From a virus: a stretch of DNA of 64,000 bases. The translations under genes and the position numbers were made by a program. The DNA is taken from positions 27,549 to 91,548 of the IMG/VR virus record IMGVR_UViG_3300020160_000289; one strand, written 5' to 3'. Shown here piece after piece: positions 1-10,440 of the stretch (positions within the stretch are counted from its first letter, which is position 1; each line of letters starts with the position of its first letter). The notes beneath the pieces are model-generated. The model saw only the letters and a program-made list of their open reading frames with translations, made no database searches and was not told the DNA's origin.

Positions 1-734
1 GTAGATCCAGCATTACCTGCGTTACCTACACTGCCAGTAGCACCTGTTAGTCCGGTTGATCCTTGATTACCAGTGGCGCCAGTCGATCCTTGTGATCCCG
101 TTGAGCCAGCTGGTCCAGTAGCACCTGTTGTTCCTTGTAGACCTGTAGCACCAGTAGAACCTGGATTACCTAGTCCACCAGCACCTCCAGTAGCACCAAC
201 TGGTCCTGTCGAGCCGGTAGCACCGGGATAACCTGTAGCACCCTGACCGCCTGTTGCTCCTGTGCCACCAGTTTGTCCTGTCGCGCCCTGTGGCCCTGTT
301 GAACCAGCTGGTCCAGTAGAACCTGTTGATCCGGTGGCACCCGTTCCGCCAACCCCGCCAACACCTCCGCCAGCACCTGTAGCACCTACTGGTCCAGTAG
401 AGCCTGTGGTTCCCTGAGCACCTGTAGCACCTTGAGGGCCTGTTGATCCGGTAGAACCTGTAGTTCCTCGTAGCCCCGTAGCACCAGTGGAACCAAACGG
501 TCCAGTGGCACCTGTAGCACCCGTTGTTCCAATTGGACCCGTAGCACCTGTGCCTCCTTGAAAACCTGTAGAACCAGAATTTGGAGAAATAAACGATAAA
601 ACGCCTGTTCCATCCGTGGATAAAATGTAGCCAGTGGCGCCGACTTCAGATGGTAAGGTTAAAGTAACCGTACCTGTGTTGGGCGATTTTAGGGTTACGC
701 TTCCTTGTTGACTGGTATCTAAATTAATTGACAT
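1..734 (-). CDS. Collagen-like (Gly-X-Y) fibre protein, truncated at window edge
   Basis: Manual translation from ATG at 734: [48 protein letters not shown] followed by long [22 protein letters not shown] repeats running off the window. It is missing from the ORF track because there is no stop. A TAAATA motif lies upstream. Confidence 0.9.
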   Translation of the reverse strand, partial: MSINLDTSQQGSVTLKSPNTGTVTLTLPSEVGATGYILSTDGTGVLSFISPNSGSTGFQGGTGATGPIGTTGATGATGPFGSTGATGLRGTTGSTGSTGPQGATGAQGTTGSTGPVGATGAGGGVGGVGGTGATGSTGSTGPAGSTGPQGATGQTGGTGATGGQGATGYPGATGSTGPVGATGGAGGLGNPGSTGATGLQGTTGATGPAGSTGSQGSTGATGNQGSTGLTGATGSVGNAGNAGS

Positions 735-755
735 AGCTTATGACTTGTTATCCAA

Positions 756-761
756 TATTTA
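756..761 (-). promoter_or_regulatory. T4-type late promoter core TAAATA
   Basis: GATAAATA on the minus strand, 22 nt before the collagen gene start. Confidence 0.7.
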
Positions 762-770
762 TCTGTAAAT

Positions 771-1469
771 TTATGTTGTGATTTCCACAGTTTCGACTCT
801 TGCTACAAACCTTACAGGGTTTGAATCTGCGGCAGTTGCTACTACTTGAAGTCCTCCGTATACTGTATCTGCTATGACATTGACGTCATAGGCAGCATTG
901 CTTGACCAAATTTTTGTTTTGTTTACTACTTTTACAGCAGTAGAAGCAGTTCCTGTTACTTTAGAAATTATTCCATTAAATTCCCAAGCACCTTCGTTAG
1001 CAGATGTTGTGGCTTTTGCTGTAACTAAAATTTTAAAAGAAAACGCAGAATTATTTGGTAGTATAATTTGATTAGTCGTTCCTGCCGCAGTTCCATCTGT
1101 AGTTAATGCGGTTGCTATTGCGGCGGCTACTTGTCTACGTAGTATATAAAATCCTGCTTGAGCATCTCCGTCAAACTGGAAATTGCCCGAAGAGATTATA
1201 TGAGCATAGTTAATGTTTCTAGTAATAGCACCAGGGCCTACTACAAGATTGCCAGCGATACCGGCTCCGCCATACACAACCAATCCGCCTGTAGCAGTAC
1301 TAGTAGCATTTGTAGAAGTAGTTACAATTACTCTTTTAGCAGTAAACGGATCTAAGCTGGTAATTGCTGATTGAATCTGCCAGGCGTTGCCGTTCCAGAC
1401 CCAGGTCCTGGTTCCTATATTATAGGTATCGCCTACATTGGGATTTGAGGGAAAATTTAAATCTGCCAT
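771..1469 (-). CDS. Virion structural / tail-fibre-associated protein
   Basis: 232 aa. N-terminal FPSNPNVGDTY..TWVWNGNAW module common in phage fibres, plus one STATGGLVVYGGAGI repeat. Confidence 0.7.
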   Translation of the reverse strand: MADLNFPSNPNVGDTYNIGTRTWVWNGNAWQIQSAITSLDPFTAKRVIVTTSTNATSTATGGLVVYGGAGIAGNLVVGPGAITRNINYAHIISSGNFQFDGDAQAGFYILRRQVAAAIATALTTDGTAAGTTNQIILPNNSAFSFKILVTAKATTSANEGAWEFNGIISKVTGTASTAVKVVNKTKIWSSNAAYDVNVIADTVYGGLQVVATAADSNPVRFVARVETVEITT

Positions 1470-1485
1470 AATTAATTAACCGTTC

Positions 1486-1491
1486 TATTTA
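1486..1491 (-). promoter_or_regulatory. Late promoter core TAAATA
   Basis: Intergenic GTTAAATA upstream of the ORF starting at 1469. Confidence 0.6.
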
Positions 1492-1494
1492 ACA

Positions 1495-4400
1495 TTACAT
1501 GGCTCCTGTAAATTGGATCCAATAGTACCGTGTACCACTCCATATCCACTGATACTCAACGCCAATGCTTGGATCAATCCAAAAATCGCCCAACCTGTTA
1601 GTTGATGTTGTAGGTGGAGTAGTTGATACTGTTACCCTTGGTGTATATAACGGTGTTCCCCCTTGACTATAAACATCTCCTTGTATATAAACATCACCTG
1701 TAACGCCTATACCGCCCGATACTTGGACAGCATTACCTGCTACAGTTGATGTAGAATTGCCTGTGTTTGTAAACGAAACTATATTCGTAGTTGTAGCGCC
1801 ACGGTTTGTTATACTCTGTAACGTGCTTGTATTCCATACAGTAACCGCGCCAGTTGAAGTGCTAATCGCTGTATCTGTTCCAGCAGTTATGAAGCTTACA
1901 TAACTACCAACACCGCCTGTTCCTGATGTTAAAACTTCGTATCCAGCAACGAATAATTTTTCACCAATATAAACTGTTCCGCCAATGCCTGCCCCGCCAA
2001 TGATAGTTATTGCTCCGGTCAGTGTGCTTGTTGCCGAAGTAGAGTTGACTAATTCTAAAGAACCAAATTTAGCAGATCCCCATGTTCCTGTATTAGAGAA
2101 AGCAGCCGGATAGTTTTCAACTCCGCCGGGATAGACATTAGTTTTATAAACTAATTTTTGAGTAGCATTATCCATACCTAAGAAGGCATGGTTATCATAG
2201 GCAGTATTAAGTGTGCTTGTTGTGTTATAGTGAAGTACTAGACCTCTATCGTACCCGTCGTTAATGCCTAATAGCGTATCGTTGGCACCAGCGCCTAACT
2301 CGATAACAGGATCAGTTATATAAGTTTGTGTAGAATTTACAAAAGTTTGACTACCAAATACCTGTAACGAACCATTAATTACTGCGTTACCGTTGACATT
2401 TAGTGCCCCGCCAATACCTACGCCACCAGTTACAACTAATGCTCCGTTGGTTGTAGCAGTACTTGCCGTAGCATTAGTAATACGAATAGCGTTATTAGTT
2501 GTAGATCCTCTATTCGTGACACTTTGTAAAGTACTAGTATTCGAGATTGTAATAGTACCGGTATTGGATGTAACTGAAAGATCAGCACCTGCTGTTAGAG
2601 TTTGAACACCTAAGTTAGTAATGGTAACAATACCGGTACCGGAATTTACACCTATATAGGTCGAACCTTGTATAGCAATTACACCGGTGTTGTCAATAGT
2701 AAATGAAGTTGCTGTGCCAACAGTGACAGCACCGGATCTAATACTAATTCCTGTTCCGCCAACTGGGGTAACACTTGTTACGACTCGATTTGATTGATCG
2801 TAAAGGGCACCTGCGAATACGTTTCCTGCTATTCCTGCGCCACCTGCTATAATTACAGCACCGGTACTTGTGCTTATTGAAGCAGTAGTAGCAGTTACAT
2901 TAAGAATGCCGGAAACGTTAACAGTATTTAGATTTGAAGTAAGGAGAACGTCTAGAGTATTACCAATAGTTGCGTTACCTTGCGGAATGCTAAGTCCGCC
3001 AATAATGATTGAATTAGTGGTAGAATTTCCTCTGGAGGTAACAGCGGTAAGGTCGTCAATACTTTGAATTATTACGTTACCGGTACTGGTATTAATAGAA
3101 ATACCGCCACCCGATGCTGTGTTAATAGATGTTACACCATAAGTTCCTAGGGTAGCATTTGTAATTACTAAACTTCCATTAGCATAGATGTTGTTAGCTT
3201 TAATATCTCCACCAACTTCTAGCTGTGCAGTAGCAGTGGTTACATTGATACCAACAAAATTTGAACCAAATCCTCCTTGTTGGACACGAATAACTTCATT
3301 TGGTCCAAGTGCTAAACCTAAAGCACTGTTTACATTTAGAGAAAAATATCCTGTTGAATTTGTTCCTGTAAAGTATAGATCTAATAATCCGCCAGTTGAA
3401 TCGTTCCATGATTGGAGACGATAATTTCCGTTTACGTTTAATGGGGATCTCGAATCAACGCCACCGTCTCCAACAGTTACTTCTCCAGTTACATACGTTC
3501 GTTTAGCAACATACAATCCGCCGGATAACTGTACGGCAAATTGACTTCCGTTAATTGTAGCTTGAGATGTATTAGAGAATGTTATTGCTCTATCAGTTGT
3601 TGCCCCGCGCTGTGTAACTAATTGAAGAGTATCAGTTTCTGTCGTTAATGTCTTAACGCCATTTGAGTAAATGTCCTTGGCCCAAATGTCTCCAGTGACT
3701 CCGATACCGCCTGCTACTGTTAGTGCTCCAGTAGTAGTAGAAGTAGACGACGTAGCATTAGTAATGTTTATAGCATTAGTAGTAGTAAATCCTCTACCGG
3801 TCACTGTCTGCAAGGTGCTATTATTCCAAACATACACTTGTCCAGTTTGACTACTTACCGAAGTATCAGTGCCGGCATATAGTGCTGTTATACCTAAACT
3901 GCCGATGCTACCTTGAGTAACAACTAAGCTACCGTCTGAATAGAGATTGGCACCGTAAATATCGCCGCCGACACCTAATCCGCCAACTATAGTGACCGCA
4001 CCAGTTACTGTACTAGTTGCCTGAGAAGTATTTGTAAATTGTACTACAACGTTAGTAGAACTTCCTCTACTGGTTACGGTCTGTAATGTGCTTGTAGTCC
4101 ATACGGTTACTGCTCCAGTTGAAGTGTTTACCGCGGTATCTGTTCCGGCAGTAAGAGTTGTTACAGCATACTGAGGAATAGTTACAATAGAAATTAACTT
4201 GCCGTCGACGTCATAAAAGTTAGCGCCGCTATAAACTCTCTTGGCAAAGTATGCTCCACCGTTGGATATTAGTGAGCCAGAACCACTACCGCTAGAATCG
4301 CCAGTACTTTCTAATTTTAGTGTACCAAATCTTGCGGCACCCCACGTTCCTAAACTAAGGAATGAAGGAGTAATTTGACTAAATGGTCCAGTGGCTACTC

Positions 4401-7071
4401 CAGTTTTAAAGATCAACGTTTCTGATGCGTTGTCCATACCAAAGAAGCTTCGTCTGTATGTTGCTGTGCTAATGACCGCGCTAGGATTATAGTGGAATAA
4501 TAAACCTCGATCAAATCCGTCGTTTATTAAGATATCAGAATTGTCTGGGTTAGTACCTAAATCTATTACAGGGTCTGCGATAGAAGTCTGAGTACTGTTC
4601 ACTATTGTGGTCGTACCTTTAACAGTTAGGTTACCAACAACAGTAGCACTTCCACCCACATAGATATCTTTGCCAATACCTACGCCACCGTTAACAACAA
4701 TAGCACCGGTGGTGGTCGATACAGCATTATCCATGCTGGTAGCAAACAACTGATTAGTAAAGTTTAAACTGCCGTTTACCTGTAGATCGCTTTCGATTGT
4801 GGTCAATGACCCCGATGGATCTAATACAAGATTACCGCTAATTGTTTGAACTCTGTTTGACGAGAATAATAATGAACCAACCTGAATACTTGTTGGCTGA
4901 AGCACTGACGCATTAACGCCGTCACTGATTGTTAAACTTGATAACGGTCCTAATCTAAAGTTGGCCGTTCCAAAATCCACGTTGCCTGAACGCTGATTAA
5001 TACGGAACTGATCGCCGACACGGAAATCTCCAAGTTGATCAACTGTTTGATAGTAAACTTTTGCGCCGTTTAGTTTGACAATTTCATTATCTTGTACAGT
5101 TAGTGTCGGATCGTTGGTAAAATCTTTTCCTGAGCCAATGAAGCTCATGTTAAACGCAATGGCTTTTATGTCAATACCTTCACCGTCGGCATAGATACCA
5201 TAATTTCCGTAGCAGGCTGCGCTGCCGATACATCTTAACTCACCACCAAACTGTCTGTAGTCTGCTAGAGTAATCTGAAGGGCGCTGGCAACAACTGTGG
5301 CTGTATAAGAAGCAGTTGTTGAATAGATATTTTGTGCGCCCTGCCCATCATCTTTAAAATCTATACTGGTAGTGGCTCCATCTGCGTGGATCAATATTGT
5401 AGTATAAACATCAGAATTATAAGCAGTAGTGCTAGGAGTAAACGTGGTGGTGTTTCTACAAATGTTACTAACACGGATTTCATCCATGTAACCCTTTAAC
5501 GATACACTAGGTACTACTCCGTTACCACCAATTTCTAAAGCATCGCTGTTAGTGATACTGGCTGTTGCTGTGGTAGTTCCTTCTAGAACACCGTTAACAA
5601 ACAATCTGTTGGTGTTAAACGCATCTCGAGACATTTGCACATGATACCAACTGCCTGCGCTCAATGCTGTAGTTGCTGTGAATAGGATAGTACCGTGTTG
5701 GCCGACTAGCTTATTGTCGGCTCCAATGTACATACCAAAGGTAGTCGAAGGTGCCGACCCTTTGTTAAACAGTTGTTGTTTAGCATTAATGGAATCTAAA
5801 TAGACCCAAGATTCTAACGTGTAGGCGTTTAGGCCGTACTGTAAATCACTGTCACTAACAATGTTTAATAAGTCGCCGTTGGTTGTAAAATGTGCTGATG
5901 CTGTTCCAATTTTACGTTGGAAGCTGTCCATTGCTACATTACCGTAGACATTAATTACTTTGCCGCTACGATCTTGTGCTTCAACAAAGCCGCTGGCCTT
6001 GCCAGTTAGATATATGTATTCTGGAGTTACTTCATTAATAACGCCACTAGCCGCTACGGTACCTGTAGAGCTGATGTAATATAAATTATGCCCTACGGTG
6101 AATGTACCTGTGCTGTTGGCTAATCGTAATCGTGTACGGCCGGCGCCGCCCCAACCGGCTGATCCACTTTCGTAATGGATTCCTTTGTTGGCAAAATAGC
6201 TAAAGCCGTTTAGTAACTCTACTCGTGTACCGTTAGTAACATATACTGCGGTAGCATTTGGAGTAATGAATGTTGCTTCGTTGAATAAAAATGCCGCTTC
6301 AAGACTGGTAGAATCTACAAGAGCACCATCTAAGTATGCGCCGCCACCAGCATCTGTGCTGTCGTAGCCATATGGATCGCCTGATACAGGATTAGATCCT
6401 TTTGTAATAACACTAACTCGTTCTACATAGGGACTACGTGTTGTAATTTTCATTCCAGGATCGTATTCAAACGCATAACCTGGTTTATAAAATCCGCCAA
6501 CTGTAAGGTCGCTGATTGTAGTTTCGCCATTTAATAAAAATGCTGAACTGGTATTTGTTGCTGTAGTAGGTTTTACATATACTTGTCGAAGGCCTGCGCC
6601 ACGAACACTGACTCCGGTAGGAACAGTTAGTGGAAATTGTTCAGTATAGGTACCAGCAAGGATGTGTACAACTGCATTTTCTCCCACTGCGCCCGCAAGC
6701 TCTAAACCTTGCTTAATTGTTTGTACTGCGCTCTGAGGAATTTTTCCGTTAGCAGTATCATCACCTTGTTCGGAAACATAAAATACATGTTGGTCGGCTC
6801 GAAGGATATCCGTACCTTGTATTCTTAGTGTTCCGCCAATGTTTACATCACTGGAAAAGCCAACGCCGCCTAAAACTGTTAGGGCACCAGAAGTTGAATT
6901 CGTCGAAGAAGTAGTGGAAACAATGTTTAGCGGGCCGCCAAACGTAGATTGGCCAGATAGGCCTATGCCCCCTTTGATTATTAGGGCACCTGTAGTTGTG
7001 CTTGTCGATGTGGCAGTTAATCCGTTAAGGACTACCGCACCGTTTTTAACGATGAAATCACTTTGTGCCAT
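1495..7071 (-). CDS. Large tail fibre/appendage protein (beta-helix + LamG/ConA-like domain + Thr-rich repeats)
   Basis: 1858 aa. YVSEQGDD..G..AVQTIKQGL..AGTYTE beta-helix cap; TLESWVY..WYHVQMSR..LFVNG..GYMDEIRVS LamG-like motif; many STxTGALxVxGGxGI and TLQxVTxRG repeats. Confidence 0.8.
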   Translation of the reverse strand: MAQSDFIVKNGAVVLNGLTATSTSTTTGALIIKGGIGLSGQSTFGGPLNIVSTTSSTNSTSGALTVLGGVGFSSDVNIGGTLRIQGTDILRADQHVFYVSEQGDDTANGKIPQSAVQTIKQGLELAGAVGENAVVHILAGTYTEQFPLTVPTGVSVRGAGLRQVYVKPTTATNTSSAFLLNGETTISDLTVGGFYKPGYAFEYDPGMKITTRSPYVERVSVITKGSNPVSGDPYGYDSTDAGGGAYLDGALVDSTSLEAAFLFNEATFITPNATAVYVTNGTRVELLNGFSYFANKGIHYESGSAGWGGAGRTRLRLANSTGTFTVGHNLYYISSTGTVAASGVINEVTPEYIYLTGKASGFVEAQDRSGKVINVYGNVAMDSFQRKIGTASAHFTTNGDLLNIVSDSDLQYGLNAYTLESWVYLDSINAKQQLFNKGSAPSTTFGMYIGADNKLVGQHGTILFTATTALSAGSWYHVQMSRDAFNTNRLFVNGVLEGTTTATASITNSDALEIGGNGVVPSVSLKGYMDEIRVSNICRNTTTFTPSTTAYNSDVYTTILIHADGATTSIDFKDDGQGAQNIYSTTASYTATVVASALQITLADYRQFGGELRCIGSAACYGNYGIYADGEGIDIKAIAFNMSFIGSGKDFTNDPTLTVQDNEIVKLNGAKVYYQTVDQLGDFRVGDQFRINQRSGNVDFGTANFRLGPLSSLTISDGVNASVLQPTSIQVGSLLFSSNRVQTISGNLVLDPSGSLTTIESDLQVNGSLNFTNQLFATSMDNAVSTTTGAIVVNGGVGIGKDIYVGGSATVVGNLTVKGTTTIVNSTQTSIADPVIDLGTNPDNSDILINDGFDRGLLFHYNPSAVISTATYRRSFFGMDNASETLIFKTGVATGPFSQITPSFLSLGTWGAARFGTLKLESTGDSSGSGSGSLISNGGAYFAKRVYSGANFYDVDGKLISIVTIPQYAVTTLTAGTDTAVNTSTGAVTVWTTSTLQTVTSRGSSTNVVVQFTNTSQATSTVTGAVTIVGGLGVGGDIYGANLYSDGSLVVTQGSIGSLGITALYAGTDTSVSSQTGQVYVWNNSTLQTVTGRGFTTTNAINITNATSSTSTTTGALTVAGGIGVTGDIWAKDIYSNGVKTLTTETDTLQLVTQRGATTDRAITFSNTSQATINGSQFAVQLSGGLYVAKRTYVTGEVTVGDGGVDSRSPLNVNGNYRLQSWNDSTGGLLDLYFTGTNSTGYFSLNVNSALGLALGPNEVIRVQQGGFGSNFVGINVTTATAQLEVGGDIKANNIYANGSLVITNATLGTYGVTSINTASGGGISINTSTGNVIIQSIDDLTAVTSRGNSTTNSIIIGGLSIPQGNATIGNTLDVLLTSNLNTVNVSGILNVTATTASISTSTGAVIIAGGAGIAGNVFAGALYDQSNRVVTSVTPVGGTGISIRSGAVTVGTATSFTIDNTGVIAIQGSTYIGVNSGTGIVTITNLGVQTLTAGADLSVTSNTGTITISNTSTLQSVTNRGSTTNNAIRITNATASTATTNGALVVTGGVGIGGALNVNGNAVINGSLQVFGSQTFVNSTQTYITDPVIELGAGANDTLLGINDGYDRGLVLHYNTTSTLNTAYDNHAFLGMDNATQKLVYKTNVYPGGVENYPAAFSNTGTWGSAKFGSLELVNSTSATSTLTGAITIIGGAGIGGTVYIGEKLFVAGYEVLTSGTGGVGSYVSFITAGTDTAISTSTGAVTVWNTSTLQSITNRGATTTNIVSFTNTGNSTSTVAGNAVQVSGGIGVTGDVYIQGDVYSQGGTPLYTPRVTVSTTPPTTSTNRLGDFWIDPSIGVEYQWIWSGTRYYWIQFTGAM

Positions 7072-7110
7072 TCAGTTTCCCTTTCCACGTGAAGGCGGCT
7101 TTAATAGAAA

Positions 7111-7116
7111 TATTTA
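7111..7116 (-). promoter_or_regulatory. Late promoter core TAAATA
   Basis: GATAAATA just after a terminator and 40 nt upstream of the ORF starting at 7071. Confidence 0.7.
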
Positions 7117-7124
7117 TCCGTATG

Positions 7125-7148
7125 TTAAAAAGGGCTCCTAAGAGCCCT
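7125..7148 (-). terminator. Intrinsic terminator
   Basis: AGGGCTC-TTAG-GAGCCCT followed by a T run on the minus strand, right after the stop at 7154. Confidence 0.8.
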
Positions 7149-7153
7149 AAGTG

Positions 7154-10100
7154 TTAGGTTACAATAGCCATTCGTAACGCTCGTATGTTCATACTCACCG
7201 GAGTATAGTTAGGAGTAAAGACCACTTGTATATCACCTGTGTTATAGCTAACATCAAATGCTCCAAGTTCTCCTGTGTTGGTAAGAATGCCATACTGACT
7301 GATGTACACGCCATTTTGTGTTGCGCTTCCGTCGTAAGTTACCATCAACTCTACTACATGGAATTTATTAGGTGTACCAGTATCAGTCACTTGAACTAGA
7401 TATTTTGCTGTTGTAAATTGATTTCCTACATAAGTATCGATCAATACTGGACTAGTATCATTTTTACCCGCTACTTTAGAAGAACTAATTTTGTTAGAAT
7501 CAGCCGCTGTTCCAGTACCAATTAATAGAGACCCTGCTTTAGCATAGCCGCCGGCAGTAATGTTTCCGCTGATACCTACGCCACCAAATACCTGTAATGC
7601 TCCAGTTGCTGTAGTACCGTCGTTTCCGCTAGATGTATTGATCCTTACATCACCGTTGGAAACGTATAATGCCCATTTCTTAGTAGCAGTTGCGCCGCCA
7701 GTAAATGTTGGAGCATTATCGATATATAATGTGGTAGCATTGTCCCAGTTAGGCGCAAGTGTACCAAGTATTGTCGGTTGACCCAAACTGTGAATTGCTA
7801 AAGTACCGGCATTTGCTCCGATTGTTGTTAAATCAACATATGAAGAAGCAGGCAATGATAAACCTGCGCCAGTTGTTCCAATGACAGATTTTGATACTGT
7901 GCCGTTTCTTGTGATAGATCCGCCAATGTAAACATCTTTAGCAATGCCCGCACCGCCATCAACAATTATCGCACCGCTATTTGTTCCAATGGATGTTGTT
8001 GTAGACTGTACACGTATGTTTCCGCCGATCCAAACATCTTGTCCAATACCTACTCCGCCAACAACAGTTAAATCTCCTGTAGTCGTCGATACAGCATTTG
8101 ATCCGCTGGTGATACTAGCAGTCTCAATATTGATTCTGGTAGCATTAATGGTCTTGCCAACGCCCAATCCACCGGCAATTACAATGGCACCTGTAGTTTT
8201 ATCAGTACTATCAATAGTACTTAATACATCTAAACGTTCAACAGTCAATGTATTAACAACACTAACCAATCCACCAACGTTTAAATCACCGTAAATGCCT
8301 GCGCCACCTTGTACAACCAATGCGCCTGTGTCGGAACTAGTGCTTTCTGTAGCATCGTATATTCTTGTTTGGCCGCCAACATTAAGTCTCTTGCCAATGC
8401 CAACACCGCCATCAACTACTAACGCACCGCTAGCGGTATTATAGGACTCTGTTAGATTGTAAACATGTATCGTACCTGTAGTAGTTACACTGCCGCCAAT
8501 GTTAAGATCTTGACCAATACCAACGCCACCATTAATAATAACAGCACCGGTGCTAGTACCATATGACGGAGTTTGATTCGAGAAGTAGAATGTATTGGTA
8601 AATTCACCGCCAATTCCTGCGTTAACTGTACCGGTTGTTAAAATTTGTGCGCCGTTGATCCAGCCTTGATCGGCTACATACAAATACTTTGTGCCAATGC
8701 CGCCGTCTGGAACTTTTATAGCATTATTTTCAATGCTGGTTATGCTCCAATGCTCGGCTGTATTTGTTACAGTATTGGCAAATATAGAATTATTGCCAAA
8801 GTATGCTCCGCCTGTTACTCTTAAGGTGCCTGTTAAGTTGTCTGTTGAAACATTATTGTCTCGTAAAACTAAACTACCAGCTTCTAAAGTACTCCAGGTC
8901 CCTGAGTTGTAGTAATCACCATACGGATCGTTACCGCCTACATCTGAATCGATGCCTTGTTTAAAAATAAAGCGTTGTGTAGTATTTTCTAAACCTAAGA
9001 AAGCTCTAAAATCACTTGCTGTGTTGACAGCAGTTTGATAATGAATTAATAAACCCTTGTCATAGATATCTGGTACTGTTAAGATACCTTTATTAGGAGC
9101 ACCGCCAATATCAATTACAGGATCAACAATATATGTATTTGTAGAATTAACTGTTACCTGTGTACCTTGACCTAATAGTAATAAGTCGCCTTCAATTATG
9201 GCGCTGCCTTTAACTGTTAGATCTCTACCTACCCAAGCACCTCCAGCAACTACTAATGCATTTGACGCTTCTGTTCCTGTAGAAGTAGCAGTACTTCCAA
9301 TGATTAAATTCTTACCTATTCCAACGCCACCTGCTACAGTAAAAGGTGCTGTCGCAGAATCAGTAGCAATGGTATCATTAACAACTTTAATTGTATCGGC
9401 TGTTAAGTTTCTTCCAACAGCAACACCACCAGTTACTACTAATGCGCCTACACCTTGACCTATTGAGTCCGTATTATCGGAAATTTGTATAAGACTTTCG
9501 AATCTCGATGGACCAGCAACTCCAATACCACCAGAAGTTATTTGAACAGCATTGCCGCCTACAGTTGATGTACTGCCTTGATTAGATGTAAAGAATCCTC
9601 GTTGAGCCCATATGTCTTGTCCAACTCCGAGGCCGCCGTTAATAACAAGTGCGCCTGTTGAAGTTGATACAGCATTTTGTGTACTTTGAATAGTGGCCGT
9701 AGTTAGGACAGCAAGATAGCCACCAACATAAACATTACCGCTGATGCCTGCTCCACCGCCTTTAGACAGTATCAACGCACCGGTTTGTGTACTAACTGCC
9801 TGCGTACTTGTGGAAATTAAGATACCGTCGGGGAATTCTGCCAAACCTACGTTTGCTGTAGCACGAGTTAAAATTTCGCTGTCGTTTAATTGGAACGGAC
9901 CGTAAAAGCTGCCGCCGCCTTGACCGTAAATTCCGTTACCAAAACTAATACCGCCATTAACCTGTAGGGCTTGGCCTGCTGCAGTTGATGTACTGCCTTT
10001 TGTTTCGCCGATGAAGACTGTACCAGAAGTAATATAAACTGACCAGGCTTTTTCAATTGTTAAATTGGCGCCACCTGTTGGTGCGCCTTTAATATATAAA

Positions 10101-10420
10101 CTTGTTGCGTTTGTATAGGTTGCGTTTTCACTAACTGCGTCTAAAACACTGCTACCAAAGTAGTTTACAACGCCCCAGGCTGTTCTACCAGATGTTAAAC
10201 TATCTGTAAATGTGGCATCGCCTAAGGCAAATTGGGCACCCAGGTTATGATTAATACCAGTTACATTACCTGTTCGTTTGATGGAACCTGCAATGTTAAC
10301 ATCTTTTGCGATTCCTGCTCCGCCGTAGACAATTAAAGCGCCGCTAGTAGTGTTGGTAGATTGGGTTACCCCTTCTATCTGCAGGCCTTCCTTGACAACG
10401 AAATCTTTATATAGTGCCAT
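7154..10420 (-). CDS. Tail fibre-like structural protein with GALxVxGGxGI repeats
   Basis: 1088 aa. More than 12 copies of S/T-rich TGALVVxGGVGIG; C-terminal TAKYLVQVTD..HVVELMV..YISQYG domain shared with the next gene. Confidence 0.75.
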   Translation of the reverse strand: MALYKDFVVKEGLQIEGVTQSTNTTSGALIVYGGAGIAKDVNIAGSIKRTGNVTGINHNLGAQFALGDATFTDSLTSGRTAWGVVNYFGSSVLDAVSENATYTNATSLYIKGAPTGGANLTIEKAWSVYITSGTVFIGETKGSTSTAAGQALQVNGGISFGNGIYGQGGGSFYGPFQLNDSEILTRATANVGLAEFPDGILISTSTQAVSTQTGALILSKGGGAGISGNVYVGGYLAVLTTATIQSTQNAVSTSTGALVINGGLGVGQDIWAQRGFFTSNQGSTSTVGGNAVQITSGGIGVAGPSRFESLIQISDNTDSIGQGVGALVVTGGVAVGRNLTADTIKVVNDTIATDSATAPFTVAGGVGIGKNLIIGSTATSTGTEASNALVVAGGAWVGRDLTVKGSAIIEGDLLLLGQGTQVTVNSTNTYIVDPVIDIGGAPNKGILTVPDIYDKGLLIHYQTAVNTASDFRAFLGLENTTQRFIFKQGIDSDVGGNDPYGDYYNSGTWSTLEAGSLVLRDNNVSTDNLTGTLRVTGGAYFGNNSIFANTVTNTAEHWSITSIENNAIKVPDGGIGTKYLYVADQGWINGAQILTTGTVNAGIGGEFTNTFYFSNQTPSYGTSTGAVIINGGVGIGQDLNIGGSVTTTGTIHVYNLTESYNTASGALVVDGGVGIGKRLNVGGQTRIYDATESTSSDTGALVVQGGAGIYGDLNVGGLVSVVNTLTVERLDVLSTIDSTDKTTGAIVIAGGLGVGKTINATRINIETASITSGSNAVSTTTGDLTVVGGVGIGQDVWIGGNIRVQSTTTSIGTNSGAIIVDGGAGIAKDVYIGGSITRNGTVSKSVIGTTGAGLSLPASSYVDLTTIGANAGTLAIHSLGQPTILGTLAPNWDNATTLYIDNAPTFTGGATATKKWALYVSNGDVRINTSSGNDGTTATGALQVFGGVGISGNITAGGYAKAGSLLIGTGTAADSNKISSSKVAGKNDTSPVLIDTYVGNQFTTAKYLVQVTDTGTPNKFHVVELMVTYDGSATQNGVYISQYGILTNTGELGAFDVSYNTGDIQVVFTPNYTPVSMNIRALRMAIVT

Positions 10421-10440
10421 TTCTTTTTAATCCTTAAAGT

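Noticed and set aside
170-613. ORF-track entries 170..385 and 386..613
   Set aside because: Alternative-frame shadows of the collagen gene 1..734
7072-7100. Possible small hairpin (CCUU..AAGG) over the SD of the 1858-aa gene
   Set aside because: The stem is too short to support without comparative data
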